Assembly (NCBI GenBank): GCA_964016885.1
Contig: OZ024755.1
Coordinates: forward strand, 14,136,001-14,200,000
Source: Eledone cirrhosa
Taxonomy: Eukaryota
Reading direction: 5' to 3'
Length of the DNA stretch: 64,000 nucleotides
The translations under genes and the position numbers were made by a program. Positions 63,401-64,000 of the stretch are shown here, in pieces. The stretch's first letter is position 1. Each line of letters begins with the position of its first letter. The notes beneath the pieces were generated by a model. The model did not search any database, had not been told where the DNA came from, and saw nothing but the letters and a program-made list of their open reading frames with translations.

Positions 63401-64000
63401 TTTCTGATACAATTTTAGAGTGAGTGACCTTGTTTAATTATTTTGAGGAGACACATTATTCAAAAATAGACTTCACAGATGCTGAAACAGATTGGAATTG
63501 GAATTAATTACCCAGCTCCAATTAAAGCAGCCATTTCAAAATCTATGGAATCAAAAGCTAAAAGCTAATAAGAACTCAAAAGATAAAGTAAATAAGTAAC
63601 AAATAAAGTAAATAAGCTTTAACCATTAAATAGATTAAAAGCCAAACTATGTTCAAAATGTATCCCTTGATGATAAAAAAGTGGCACAACCTATGAAAAT
63701 ATAAGTCAGATGGGAATTCTCAAATAATTTTTTTTTACACAAATCTTTAATAATGGAACTCTTTAGAGCACTAACGATATGTTTAATTAGAGTAAAATAT
63801 GTTTACAAATCTAAGGTCAATAATTTGATACCATACAAATCTATAGAACACTGCCAAAATTACAACAATAAACATACATTACAGAGAGTATCATCATCAT
63901 CATTTAATATCTGTTTTCCCTGCTAGCAAGGGTTGGCCAAGTCTTCACAGACCAAGTCAGTACTGAAGCGAGGCTTCTGACCTCCCAGACAGATCGAGGG

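Overview
AT-rich, microsatellite- and SINE-dense eukaryotic DNA; the repeat landscape suggests an octopus or other coleoid cephalopod (inference). Almost the whole window is one minus-strand gene, the RhoA GEF ECT2/pebble. I reconstructed 23 coding exons by hand (59790 down to 3748, all GT-AG, phases consistent, 2478 nt = 825 aa + stop): BRCT1-BRCT2, S/NLS region, DH, PH and C-terminal tail. The N-terminal exons are not found and probably lie beyond 64000. The last three small exons are less certain, and a 31-nt frame-switching microexon could swap C-termini. Introns carry tRNA-derived SINEs, RTE-type LINE 3' fragments, piggyBac-, pogo- and mariner-like MITEs and minisatellites. The most striking unannotated signal is a set of type I hammerhead ribozymes in short elements inserted into (TA)n tracts, probably Penelope-like or retrozyme-like termini. 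Three fold completely (11515-11594 +, 31220-31283 +, 51220-51313 -), two of them carry the compensatory U3-A8 core (UUGAUAA), and one lies on the ECT2 pre-mRNA strand. Most ORFs in the supplied track are microsatellite artefacts.
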